NCBI GenBank assembly: GCA_035602725.1
Contig: DATNLT010000049.1
Location: 2,524-66,523 of the forward strand
Length of the DNA: 64,000 bases
Direction of reading: 5' to 3'
From: Candidatus Acidiferrales bacterium
GTDB lineage: Bacteria; Acidobacteriota; Terriglobia; Acidiferrales; UBA7541
The stretch's first letter is position 1. The number at the start of each line of letters is the position of its first letter. Below the pieces are notes generated by a model. That model searched no databases, was not told where the DNA came from, and worked only from the letters and a program-made list of their open reading frames with translations. The position numbers and the translations under genes were made by a program. Positions 54,447 through 62,795 of this stretch are shown here, piece after piece.

Positions 54447-55397
54447 ATGGCGAACGCGGAATCACATACATCCAGAAAGCTCGCTATTGCCTTCGGAGCC
54501 GTCTATTTATTTTGGGGCTCGACCTTCCTAGCCATTCGCTACGGAGTTCAGACGATTCCGCCGCTGTTGATGACGGGCACACGCCACTTGATTGCGGGTC
54601 CCGTGCTTTACGCCGTTGCGCGTTTGCGCGGCGCGCCGAAGCCGCAACCTAAGCATTGGTTGTCGGCCACGTGCGTGGGGGCGTTGCTCTTGCTGTGCGG
54701 AAATGGCGCTGTTTCCGCCACCGAGCGCGTGCTGCCCTCAGGTGTGGCGGCGCTGCTCGTTGCTACCGTGTCTCTGTGGATGATTATCGTGGAATGGTTG
54801 CGCCCCGGCGGACACGCTCCAACGTTTCACGTTGCCTGCTGCCTGGCGCTTGGATTTTTCGGCGTGGTAATTTTGGTGAGTCCGCGGATGCCGTTCATGC
54901 ACGCCGGTCAAGCCACGGTAAATCCTGTCGCCGCGGTAACGCTTGTGATTGGGTCGCTCATGTGGGCGAGCGGGTCTATTCTTTCGCGTCATATTGAGCT
55001 CCCCCGCTCCCCACTGCTGGGGACCGCCATGTTCGCGCTCACCGGCGGAACGCTTCTGTGGGTGGTCGGTCTGGCGACTGGCGAAGGATCCGATCTCGAT
55101 CTGCACCGAATTACAACTCGATCCTATTTGGCGGTCGCGTATCTCGCGGTGTTTGGGTCGATCATCGGATTGAGCGCCTATACATATATGCTGAAGAACG
55201 CATCGGCGTCACGCGTATCCACCTACGCGTTTGTTAATCCGGTGATCGCGGTGTTGTTGGGATGGCTTGTCGCCGGCGAGAAGATCACGTCGCGCATGTT
55301 GGTGGCGGCGGCAATCATTCTTGTCTCAGTGGTGCTGGTGATCATCGCTCCACATGCAGCCCCGGAAGAACTTGGGTCTCGTGTCGCCCCGGATTGA
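54447..55397 (+). CDS. EamA/DMT family transporter
   Basis: About 10 predicted TM helices in two similar halves. The opening is typical: LAIAFGAVYLFWGSTFLAIRYG. Confidence 0.85.
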   Translation: MANAESHTSRKLAIAFGAVYLFWGSTFLAIRYGVQTIPPLLMTGTRHLIAGPVLYAVARLRGAPKPQPKHWLSATCVGALLLLCGNGAVSATERVLPSGVAALLVATVSLWMIIVEWLRPGGHAPTFHVACCLALGFFGVVILVSPRMPFMHAGQATVNPVAAVTLVIGSLMWASGSILSRHIELPRSPLLGTAMFALTGGTLLWVVGLATGEGSDLDLHRITTRSYLAVAYLAVFGSIIGLSAYTYMLKNASASRVSTYAFVNPVIAVLLGWLVAGEKITSRMLVAAAIILVSVVLVIIAPHAAPEELGSRVAPD

Positions 55398-55456
55398 ACT
55401 TTGCCCGCAAAATCCGGATAGCGCGATTTCAAGGGTGCTCGTATCCTTGACGTGTG

Positions 55457-56563
55457 ATGAGAAAGCATCTGACATCGTCCGCGACACATACCCGCAACAG
55501 CCAAGAGTCACAGGATCCGCGTTGGCGAGCCGTCTTGGCCCACGATGCGCGCATGGACCACGCGTTTGTCTACGGCGTAAGGTCCACAGGTATTTACTGC
55601 AAACCTTCTTGTCCGTCGCGCCGACCGCGGCCAGAACAAGTAGTGTTTTACGTGCATCCTAAAGCAGCGGAGTCGGCCGGGTTTCGGCCCTGTCTTCGAT
55701 GCCGTCCCAATCAAGTGGATGGCCAGAAGCGAATTGATCCGCAGGCTGCCTTCGTTGAGCGCGTCTGCCGGCAAATTGAGCGGCGAAGCGATGCCCCGGC
55801 CCGGCTTAGTGAGCTTGCGGCTCAGGGCCACACATCGCCTCACAGCTTGCTCCGAGCCTTTCGCCGGTTGATCGGGGTAACACCGCGACAATACGCGGAC
55901 ACCATTCGGCTCCGTAAATTGAAAGACCGATTGCAGACTGGTGACGACGTGACCACTGCGCTCTACGGCGCCGGCTATGGCTCATCCAGCCGCCTGTATG
56001 AACGTGCCCATCAGCAATTGGGTATGACGCCCGCCGTATATCGAAAGGGAGGAAGAAACATGCAAATCGCCTATACCATCGAGCCATGTACTCTGGGCCG
56101 AATTCTCGTCGCCGCCACGCCTAAGGGCATTTCGGCCGTTTATCTTGGCGATCGGGAACAATCGCTTGCGCGCGCGTTGCGTGAGGAATATCCCCAGGCC
56201 GAAATCCGGCGCGATTCACGCTCGCTTGGAAACTGGGTCCGCGCCATTCTCAGCCATCTGAGCGGCAAAGAGCGGCATCTCGATCTTCCGCTGGACGTGG
56301 AAGCCACCGCTTTTCAGCGCCGCGTTTGGGAGGAACTGCGCAAGATTCCTTACGGCAAGACGAACTCATACAGCCAGATTGCGTCCGCCATTGGCCGGCC
56401 CGCAGCCACACGAGCCGTCGCACGAGCTTGTGCCACCAACCCGGTATCCATCTTGGTGCCTTGCCACCGCGTAGTTCGCCAAGACGGAAAATCGGCCGGT
56501 TACCGCTGGGGGGTGGAGAAAAAGCGCGAACTATTGAGTCGGGAGAAGGCTGCGACTGCTTGA
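55457..56563 (+). CDS. ada: bifunctional Ada: methylphosphotriester-DNA alkyltransferase/AraC-type activator + O6-methylguanine-DNA methyltransferase
   Basis: The Ada zinc domain is FVYGVRSTGIYCKPSCPSRRP...FRPCLRCRP. An AraC HTH follows (LLRAFRRLIGVTPRQY). The MGMT active site is ILVPCHRVV. Confidence 0.88.
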   Translation: MRKHLTSSATHTRNSQESQDPRWRAVLAHDARMDHAFVYGVRSTGIYCKPSCPSRRPRPEQVVFYVHPKAAESAGFRPCLRCRPNQVDGQKRIDPQAAFVERVCRQIERRSDAPARLSELAAQGHTSPHSLLRAFRRLIGVTPRQYADTIRLRKLKDRLQTGDDVTTALYGAGYGSSSRLYERAHQQLGMTPAVYRKGGRNMQIAYTIEPCTLGRILVAATPKGISAVYLGDREQSLARALREEYPQAEIRRDSRSLGNWVRAILSHLSGKERHLDLPLDVEATAFQRRVWEELRKIPYGKTNSYSQIASAIGRPAATRAVARACATNPVSILVPCHRVVRQDGKSAGYRWGVEKKRELLSREKAATA

Positions 56564-56593
56564 AACCTTGCCGATTGAGCGGACTCTTTCGTT

Positions 56594-57319
56594 TCAGCCT
56601 TGCGGTTTGACGTGCGTTACGCTCTTCGGCCAATTCTGCTTGAACTCGTTGTCGGAGAGACGCGGATTCCGCGCGATGTTCGAATAAGCGATCAGCAAAT
56701 AGTCGCCGGAACCGGTTTCGAAGAACTGCTGCTGCGCCGGAAGCCACGTCGACTCGTCCATCCAAATATCGATTTTCGAAACTTGATTCCGTACTTCGTC
56801 TGATTTGGGCGTCAATTCGAGCTTCACGGTCTTACGTCCACCGAGATTTTCCTCGCCAACCAGCGTGACGACATAGCCCTTGTCGAGATCTGCTCCCGAT
56901 GTGCCAAAGCCCAGCAAAAGAAACTGGTCCACCATCGAACGGTGTTTGCTCAGATCGAATTGTTCCACCTGATTGGCCTTCGGGTTATAGAGAAAAAGAT
57001 CGTTTCCGGTTCGCAGAATGGTGCGAGGATCGGGGTTGGTGAAATCAATCCGCATCTTGCCGTCGCGGCGCACGAATATTTGTCCGGATTCGGTCGAGTG
57101 ATCGTTCACTACCACCGTTACTTTCGTGCGCTCAATATCCGCCGTTAGGCTCTGGAACGTCTTTGCCTCGGTATCCAATTGCCGCAAGACCGATTCGAGC
57201 GTCCAGTGCCCGGCCGTCTGCGCGGCCGCGGCGATCGATGCTGCCTGCGCAAACAAAAGTGCCACGACTATCAAAAAACCGCCCGTTGCGCGGATGTGTT
57301 TCCTGATGTGAAGCTCCAT
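56594..57319 (-). CDS. LolA-like outer-membrane lipoprotein carrier / lipoprotein-sorting protein
   Basis: It has a signal peptide (GGFLIVVALLFAQAASIAAAAQ). FQSLTADIERTKVTVVVNDHSTESGQIFVRRDGKMRIDFTNPDPRTILRTGNDLFLYNPKANQVEQFDL follows the LolA family pattern. Confidence 0.6.
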   Translation of the reverse strand: MELHIRKHIRATGGFLIVVALLFAQAASIAAAAQTAGHWTLESVLRQLDTEAKTFQSLTADIERTKVTVVVNDHSTESGQIFVRRDGKMRIDFTNPDPRTILRTGNDLFLYNPKANQVEQFDLSKHRSMVDQFLLLGFGTSGADLDKGYVVTLVGEENLGGRKTVKLELTPKSDEVRNQVSKIDIWMDESTWLPAQQQFFETGSGDYLLIAYSNIARNPRLSDNEFKQNWPKSVTHVKPQG

Positions 57320-57476
57320 GGAAAGTTCTTTCCCCCAGTTCGTGTCCTGGCAGACGCCGTTCTACGAAAATATGATGCGTGCTAACCTGTCGAGGTCACG
57401 GTTAGCCTTCTGCTCCAGTTCCAGGATGATGGATCGCCAAGCAGAAGCACGGGATAATGATCCCGTTCACCAGACT

Positions 57477-57878
57477 TCAAGGTTTGATCGCCACTTCGTA
57501 GGAAACCACGCCGCCCGCTCCTTCGCGGATCGGCGTGATGCTTCGGACCTGGAACGGATGCCCCTTCAGATCGGGCACGCTATTGCGAATGGCATCGTGC
57601 ACCACGTGTTCGAGTTCGGGCGTGGCCACCGGCAGCGCAAGCGCGCGGGCATCCACTCGATAAGTCTTGGTTCCAGCAGCCTCGTCCGTAGCCACCAATT
57701 TGACGAGCGCGTCCTTATCGGGCGGGCCCAGTTGCGGCCGATCGTGAAACCATCCTCGCGGCGTGAGGAGCACGAACACGAGAATCACCGCAACAGCGGC
57801 GTCATAAGGCACGGTGCCGCGTTCGTACGCCCAGAAAATCACACTGCGCAGGGTGCGACCCAATTCCTCTCCGCTCAA
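57477..57878 (-). CDS. hypothetical single-pass membrane protein
   Basis: The protein is 133 aa with one TM segment (AAVAVILVFVLLT). Its start lies 1 nt after the ATPase stop, on the same strand. Confidence 0.45.
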   Translation of the reverse strand: MSGEELGRTLRSVIFWAYERGTVPYDAAVAVILVFVLLTPRGWFHDRPQLGPPDKDALVKLVATDEAAGTKTYRVDARALALPVATPELEHVVHDAIRNSVPDLKGHPFQVRSITPIREGAGGVVSYEVAIKP

Positions 57879-57879
57879 T

Positions 57880-58626
57880 TCAGTCCGCGGGAATCCCGTC
57901 TACGATCACGCCGTCCCGCATGTGCACTACGGTATCGCCGTACGTGGCTGCTTCCGGATTATGCGTGATCATCACAATCGTCTGGCCAAATTCCTTGTTC
58001 AACTGCCGGAGCATCGCCAGCACGGCCTCTGAATTTTTCGTGTCCAGGTTGCCCGTAGGCTCGTCGGCGAGAAGGATCTTGGGCTCGTTCACAATCGCTC
58101 GCGCGATCGCCACGCGTTGTTGCTCTCCTCCAGACATTTCCGACGGCCGATGGTGCAACCGGTCCGCCAACCCAAGCATGTTAACGATCACCTCGAAACG
58201 ATGTGGATCGAACCCATCGCCGTGAATGTGTTGCGCGATCGCGATATTGCCGTAAGTATCCAGCGTCGGCAGCAAATTGAACTTCTGGAAAACGAAACCG
58301 ATCTTATGGCGTCGCAGCTTGGTGCGCTCGGCGTCGCTCATCGCTGCGAGGTCATTTCCATCAACCAACACGCGCCCACTCGTAGGCTTAGCCAGACCGC
58401 CGATGATATACAGCAAAGTGGACTTACCGCATCCCGAGGGCCCCATCACCGAGACGAACCGCCCGGGCAGCACCTCAAAATTCACCCCGCGCAAGGCCGG
58501 AACCTCGACGCGGCCGGCGTGATAAACCTTCCACAAATTGTCAGTCTTCAGTATCGGTTCCACGCATGGTTCCCTGGCAAGGTGAGTGGCCGCGGAGGGC
58601 CACAACATTGTATCCGCGAGCAGCAC
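57880..58626 (-). CDS. ABC transporter ATP-binding protein (LolD/MacB-type)
   Basis: Walker A is GPSGCGKST, the signature is [14 protein letters not shown], and Walker B is [12 protein letters not shown]. An alternative GTG start at 58563 would give [14 protein letters not shown]. Confidence 0.9.
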   Translation of the reverse strand: MLLADTMLWPSAATHLAREPCVEPILKTDNLWKVYHAGRVEVPALRGVNFEVLPGRFVSVMGPSGCGKSTLLYIIGGLAKPTSGRVLVDGNDLAAMSDAERTKLRRHKIGFVFQKFNLLPTLDTYGNIAIAQHIHGDGFDPHRFEVIVNMLGLADRLHHRPSEMSGGEQQRVAIARAIVNEPKILLADEPTGNLDTKNSEAVLAMLRQLNKEFGQTIVMITHNPEAATYGDTVVHMRDGVIVDGIPAD

Positions 58627-58666
58627 GAGACGCCAAGCCTGCGTCCCGTGTTGATCCTACCTACGA

Positions 58667-58684
58667 GCGTCAAAGATTTGACGC
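58667..58684. promoter_or_regulatory. perfect palindrome GCGTCAAA-GA-TTTGACGC in the permease-ATPase intergenic gap
   Basis: Read directly from the sequence: 8-bp arms with a 2-nt centre. It lies 41 nt upstream of the ATPase ATG at 58626 on the minus strand. Confidence 0.3.
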
Positions 58685-58763
58685 AGGAAATCCGCGAGCA
58701 GTCTAACCTAATATCCTGAGAATCGAGGGGAATCGTTACGCGTGAGTACCGACAAAATTGGGG

Positions 58764-59864
58764 CTAATCGTAAAAGAGCGCTTCGATGGGGTCCTTACGT
58801 GTGGCTAACCAAGCCGGGTATGCGGCGCCGATGATCCCGCCGATCACGGCGATGACACCGGCGCGCACGATCCATCCGATCGTGATCTGTACGGAAAGCG
58901 TCGGAAACGATTTCAGTAATAGAGCTCGGAGTCCATAGCTCATCGCCACGCCGGCAACGATCCCGGCGGAGCAAACCAGGCTGGTCTCGCTCAAGAGCAA
59001 CTTAATGATGTAGCTTTTTGAGGCGCCGAGGGACTTCAGTACGCCTATTTCACGCGTCCTTTCGATCACACTTGTATACATTGATAGAAAAATCACCAAG
59101 AATCCGATCGCCACCGCGAGCGCGATCATCGAATTGACGAAATCGCTAAGACCGGGCACATTCGTCGACGTCATCAGCGTGAGGTAGTCTTTCAACGAGC
59201 GAATTTCGTAGTTACGAAAGACGTCTCGCATCTCCGCCATGACCGCTGGAGTATGCTCGGGCCGCGTGCACTTAATGAAAAACAGTGAAGCCTTGTCATG
59301 CGCCCCGGAAAGATCCTGCAGGGTTGAGAGTTGAACGAAAATCCGCGCTCCTTTGCCGTGCTCCACGATGCCGGCGACGTGAAACGGATGGTCCAGAAGA
59401 CGATACGTTTCGCCGACCGTGAGATGCTGGGATTTGGCTTCCCAATCGTCCACGAGCATGTCGTCCGCGTCTTCCATATCGTGCCCTTGCAGAAAGACGA
59501 AGCCGCCCGAGACTTCGTGGAAACTCGCGGGGTCGATTCCGTAAACTACGTCGACTCCGCCGGTGGAGTTGAATTGCAGAAGAACGGGCGCGACGGCCTC
59601 GACATATTTCATCGTGGCAATTCTGTCGCCGATTTTGATCGGCATGGGCGCGCCGCTGAAAGCCAAAAACACCGATGCGGAGGGCGGCTGCAGCATAATG
59701 TCCGCGCCCACGCCTTCCACGCGTTTGCCGACCTCCGCCAGCATTCCGCTCGTCAGCCCCACGATGATAATTACGAGCGTCACCTCCACGGCCACCGCGA
59801 TCACGCTGACGAAAGCGCGGATGGGCCTGTGAACCGCGTTGCTGACGATGAGTTTCCGCAGCAT
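58764..59864 (-). CDS. FtsX/MacB-type ABC permease (LolC/E/F-like, single copy)
   Basis: TM1 is followed by a periplasmic domain of about 200 aa, then 3 TM segments containing ERTREIGVLKSLGASKSYIIKLLLSE. Confidence 0.85.
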   Translation of the reverse strand: MLRKLIVSNAVHRPIRAFVSVIAVAVEVTLVIIIVGLTSGMLAEVGKRVEGVGADIMLQPPSASVFLAFSGAPMPIKIGDRIATMKYVEAVAPVLLQFNSTGGVDVVYGIDPASFHEVSGGFVFLQGHDMEDADDMLVDDWEAKSQHLTVGETYRLLDHPFHVAGIVEHGKGARIFVQLSTLQDLSGAHDKASLFFIKCTRPEHTPAVMAEMRDVFRNYEIRSLKDYLTLMTSTNVPGLSDFVNSMIALAVAIGFLVIFLSMYTSVIERTREIGVLKSLGASKSYIIKLLLSETSLVCSAGIVAGVAMSYGLRALLLKSFPTLSVQITIGWIVRAGVIAVIGGIIGAAYPAWLATRKDPIEALFYD

Positions 59865-59867
59865 TCC

Positions 59868-60818
59868 TCAGTGCCCCTCGGGGCCGGTACCTTCCTCGCC
59901 CAAACGTACGAGTTGTGTCCCAGGCGGCTGCACCAATTGGAAGCGATCCGCGGCGATCGTTTCATTGAGGGCAAGCTTGGTGATATGAATCTCTAATTGA
60001 TACGTGTCGCGCGGGCGGTTTAATACGATGTGTCGGGGATAAGGTGAGCTGTTTCCGGCGGCGGTTATAGCCGAGTTCGTACTGCTGCCGTTTTGCCAAT
60101 CGGAAAAATGTACGTCAGAGATCACTTGGCCGCCGGCGTCGTAAACTTCGATTCGCGCCAAGCTTAGATCGGCGCGATCGAACCACAGTTTCCGATCGAT
60201 CGATAGTTTCTCACTGCCGTGCAGCAACGTGAGAACGTAGTATCGCGCGGCAGGCTCGTCAAATTCCTCAAACAACACGGGTGCCCGCGCCGGAATGGCC
60301 GGCCAGAACATTGCATCCAGCAGATGCTGAGGACGCAAATTCTCGATCGGTTTTTGCGCGACACGCTGCAAGTTGGTCGGTCCCACGATGAATTGATTTT
60401 TCGATGGAATGTAAATTTGAAACGTCCTGCCGTCGCTGGTCATGTCGAAAATGTTCTTGGAAATCACCGGCGCCTGTCCAATCACTCGTATACTCTCCGG
60501 TTTTTGCGCCAAGATGAAACCGTTGATCTGGTGATATTGCTCGATTACGCCGCTATAAGTTGATCCCGCGGTAGGGCTCAGCTCTACTGACGCATTAATG
60601 CTCTTTATGGCATCCGTCAGGTGATTGTAGGCGGTGAGAAGTTCCTCCCCCGAAGCTTCCTTTGCCGGACCAACGGCCCCGCTATGAACGACCTTTTTCT
60701 TGCTGATGGCGCAGCCATTGGCCAAGAAAAATGCAATAAGCAGGGGCCCCGCCATCCATACCGCGAACTTGCGTGCTTTCCAAGCCGCGACTCGTCCATG
60801 CACGTCAGTTCGAATCAT
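59868..60818 (-). CDS. putative lipoprotein, LolA/LolB-fold-like (DUF4292-like)
   Basis: ORF 59868..60911, trimmed to ATG 60818. It has a lipobox-like FFLANGC. INGFILAQKPESIRVIGQAPVISKNIFDMTSDGRTFQIYIPSKNQFIVGP resembles LolA/LolB-type half-barrel proteins. It ends 3 nt before the permease start. Confidence 0.45.
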   Translation of the reverse strand: MIRTDVHGRVAAWKARKFAVWMAGPLLIAFFLANGCAISKKKVVHSGAVGPAKEASGEELLTAYNHLTDAIKSINASVELSPTAGSTYSGVIEQYHQINGFILAQKPESIRVIGQAPVISKNIFDMTSDGRTFQIYIPSKNQFIVGPTNLQRVAQKPIENLRPQHLLDAMFWPAIPARAPVLFEEFDEPAARYYVLTLLHGSEKLSIDRKLWFDRADLSLARIEVYDAGGQVISDVHFSDWQNGSSTNSAITAAGNSSPYPRHIVLNRPRDTYQLEIHITKLALNETIAADRFQLVQPPGTQLVRLGEEGTGPEGH

Positions 60819-60861
60819 GCGGCTATAGGGTATCAGGAATCTGCAACGGTAGACCCAGCCC

Positions 60862-61677
60862 TTACCCAAACACCATGCCGGCATACCCGACCACTTCTTC
60901 GCGATCGCCAAAGACGTCCCCCGAGGTGGCGTATTTCACCAGTTCCGCGCTCTTTGCACCGCGCTGGCAAGCGGCAACGAGCATCGCCGTGGCGGCGGCA
61001 TACCCGCACATCGTGATGCCTTCACCACGCACTGTTTGATATAGCCCGAGTGCATCCAGTGCCAACAATCTGTCAATCGCCCTTCGATCCTTCGCTCGTG
61101 TGACGCCATCTTCTTCATAATGGTTCATGTCCGAGCTAGCGACCATCAGCACAGGTTCGGCGATCTGGACCAACGCCTCCGCAATGGCGTTTCCCAGCCC
61201 TTCGAGTGTTGCTAAATCGGAGGTGCCTATGGCAATCGGCACAAAGCGAAATCCAGGTGCCAACATCTGTAGGAACGGGATTTGCACCTCGAGGGAATGC
61301 TCGGTCTGATGCGCGCGCACGTCATCTACCAGCCGTGGAAATGCCTTTGCGAGTAAATCGCCTAGCTCGGCGTCAATCTCCGCCGCCCCGAGAGGGGTTT
61401 GCCACACACCGGATCGGTTGATGGCCAGATCGGCGCCGCGCGGAAAATGTCTAGGTCCCAGAATCAGCACACGGTTTGGGATCGCCAGCCGCGCATAAAC
61501 AGCCCCAGCAACCCCGCCGGAATAGACGTACCCGGCATGCGGAACCAGGCAAGCGATCGCCGCGGATTTCGATACGGCCTGCGCCGAAGAGATTAATTGA
61601 CGAACCTCGTCGCCGAGCGCGACTGGATCAGCCGCATAGAATCGGCCGGCAACCGCGGGCTGGCGAACCAACGTCAT
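60862..61677 (-). CDS. MEMO1-family protein (AmmeMemoRadiSam system protein B)
   Basis: ORF 60862..61752, trimmed to ATG 61677. Motifs are RQPAVAGRFY, VPHAGYVYSG, HSLEVQIPFL and SSDMNHY. Confidence 0.85.
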   Translation of the reverse strand: MTLVRQPAVAGRFYAADPVALGDEVRQLISSAQAVSKSAAIACLVPHAGYVYSGGVAGAVYARLAIPNRVLILGPRHFPRGADLAINRSGVWQTPLGAAEIDAELGDLLAKAFPRLVDDVRAHQTEHSLEVQIPFLQMLAPGFRFVPIAIGTSDLATLEGLGNAIAEALVQIAEPVLMVASSDMNHYEEDGVTRAKDRRAIDRLLALDALGLYQTVRGEGITMCGYAAATAMLVAACQRGAKSAELVKYATSGDVFGDREEVVGYAGMVFG

Positions 61678-61693
61678 TTGGGGGGTGCTTGTA

Positions 61694-62044
61694 CTAACTT
61701 GTTTTGGAAGGTTTGCCGTGAATGCGCAGCGCGACGGTCGTGCCGGCTGCATAATCCACTGTAACTTTATCCCCGTGTTGATAGCCGCCCTTCTGGATCA
61801 CATTAGCCATCTGCTGCCGGACCTGGGGTGAGTAACTGAAAGTCTGTATCATCTTCGGATTCTGCTGGCTGGATAGCGTCATAGCTATGCTCGTGGCCGA
61901 AATTACCAACCCCTTGAACTTGAGAACCTGCACTTTGGCTGTCTGGGGAGTGACCGGTTGCGCCGTGGTCATTTGCGCCACAGCGCGCCCGGCAAACAGC
62001 ACGAGACCGAGCGACAAGATCGCGATGAGTGATTTAGCGCGCAT
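61694..62044 (-). CDS. hypothetical small secreted protein
   Basis: The protein is 116 aa with signal peptide MRAKSLIAILSLGLVLFAGRAVAQ. Its start overlaps the stop of the upstream gene by 11 nt. Confidence 0.5.
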   Translation of the reverse strand: MRAKSLIAILSLGLVLFAGRAVAQMTTAQPVTPQTAKVQVLKFKGLVISATSIAMTLSSQQNPKMIQTFSYSPQVRQQMANVIQKGGYQHGDKVTVDYAAGTTVALRIHGKPSKTS

Positions 62045-62354
62045 CTTCCAGGGAAATCTTCAGCGATTTGAGAAACCGGATGTCCTGCGGGGTCAATTCG
62101 AATTTCGGCGCGACGCCCTCTTCTTCCAAGATCTCGGGATCGACCTGAATGTGTATGGACTCGAGGAACCGCCGGTCTTGCGTTGAGAGCCTGCTCGGAT
62201 TCGATTCGCGCTTCACGAGCCCGATCGTCGCGTCAAGCTTGAGGACAATGTCATAGCCGGCGGACCGCACGCTCGCGATCGCACCCGTGATTCGCTCGGA
62301 ATCAGCGACCGTATCATTGATCGCATGTCCCAGTTCGCGGAGCAGGTTTCGCAT
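62034..62354 (-). CDS. hypothetical small cytoplasmic protein with duplicated QDxRFLxSxxI motif
   Basis: ORF 62034..62831, trimmed to ATG 62354 (MRNLLRELGHAINDTV...). The upstream 159 codons are Arg/Pro-rich shadow-like sequence lying opposite a better + strand ORF. Confidence 0.4.
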   Translation of the reverse strand: MRNLLRELGHAINDTVADSERITGAIASVRSAGYDIVLKLDATIGLVKRESNPSRLSTQDRRFLESIHIQVDPEILEEEGVAPKFELTPQDIRFLKSLKISLEDAR

Positions 62355-62515
62355 GTGATCGTCTAATTGCAAAACGGGCCTCCCAGGACTCCAGCACCCC
62401 ACTGCATAAATTGTAGAACCGTCACCGCTCCCTGACAAGCTACCAGATGCCAGCGTGCGCCCAACTAATCCATGCCCGGCGTCCAGACTCGTGCCGGGTG
62501 TATTACAATCTCCTG

Positions 62516-62773
62516 ATGGGTGGTACGGCCTCTGTCTCGCAAGCTGCCCGGCCGCGGGGATTCTTTCGCGTGGCGTGGAAGGCGCTGCGCGAGCTCTTCC
62601 ACGAAGTGACCGGGGCCGTCTTTGGTCTATTCGGTTTCGCGGCGGCGAACGCTGCGTTTCGCTCGTGGCGGATGGGCCTATCGCGATGGCCGGTGCTTTT
62701 GCCTCTCGCCTACGCCGCTCTAATGGCATTTTTCTCGGTAACGTCGTTTCTTCGTGCGCGCCGCGTTCGTTAA
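62516..62773 (+). CDS. hypothetical small two-TM membrane protein
   Basis: ORF 62447..62773, trimmed to ATG 62516. The two hydrophobic helices are [16 protein letters not shown] and [18 protein letters not shown]. It lies just upstream of the mutase gene. Confidence 0.4.
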   Translation: MGGTASVSQAARPRGFFRVAWKALRELFHEVTGAVFGLFGFAAANAAFRSWRMGLSRWPVLLPLAYAALMAFFSVTSFLRARRVR

Positions 62774-62795
62774 GCGCAATAATCAGGCCATTGTC

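Noticed and set aside
60862-61677. A complete AmmeMemoRadiSam system.
   Set aside because: Only the Memo-like (B) component is present. There is no AMMECR1-like or radical-SAM gene in the window.
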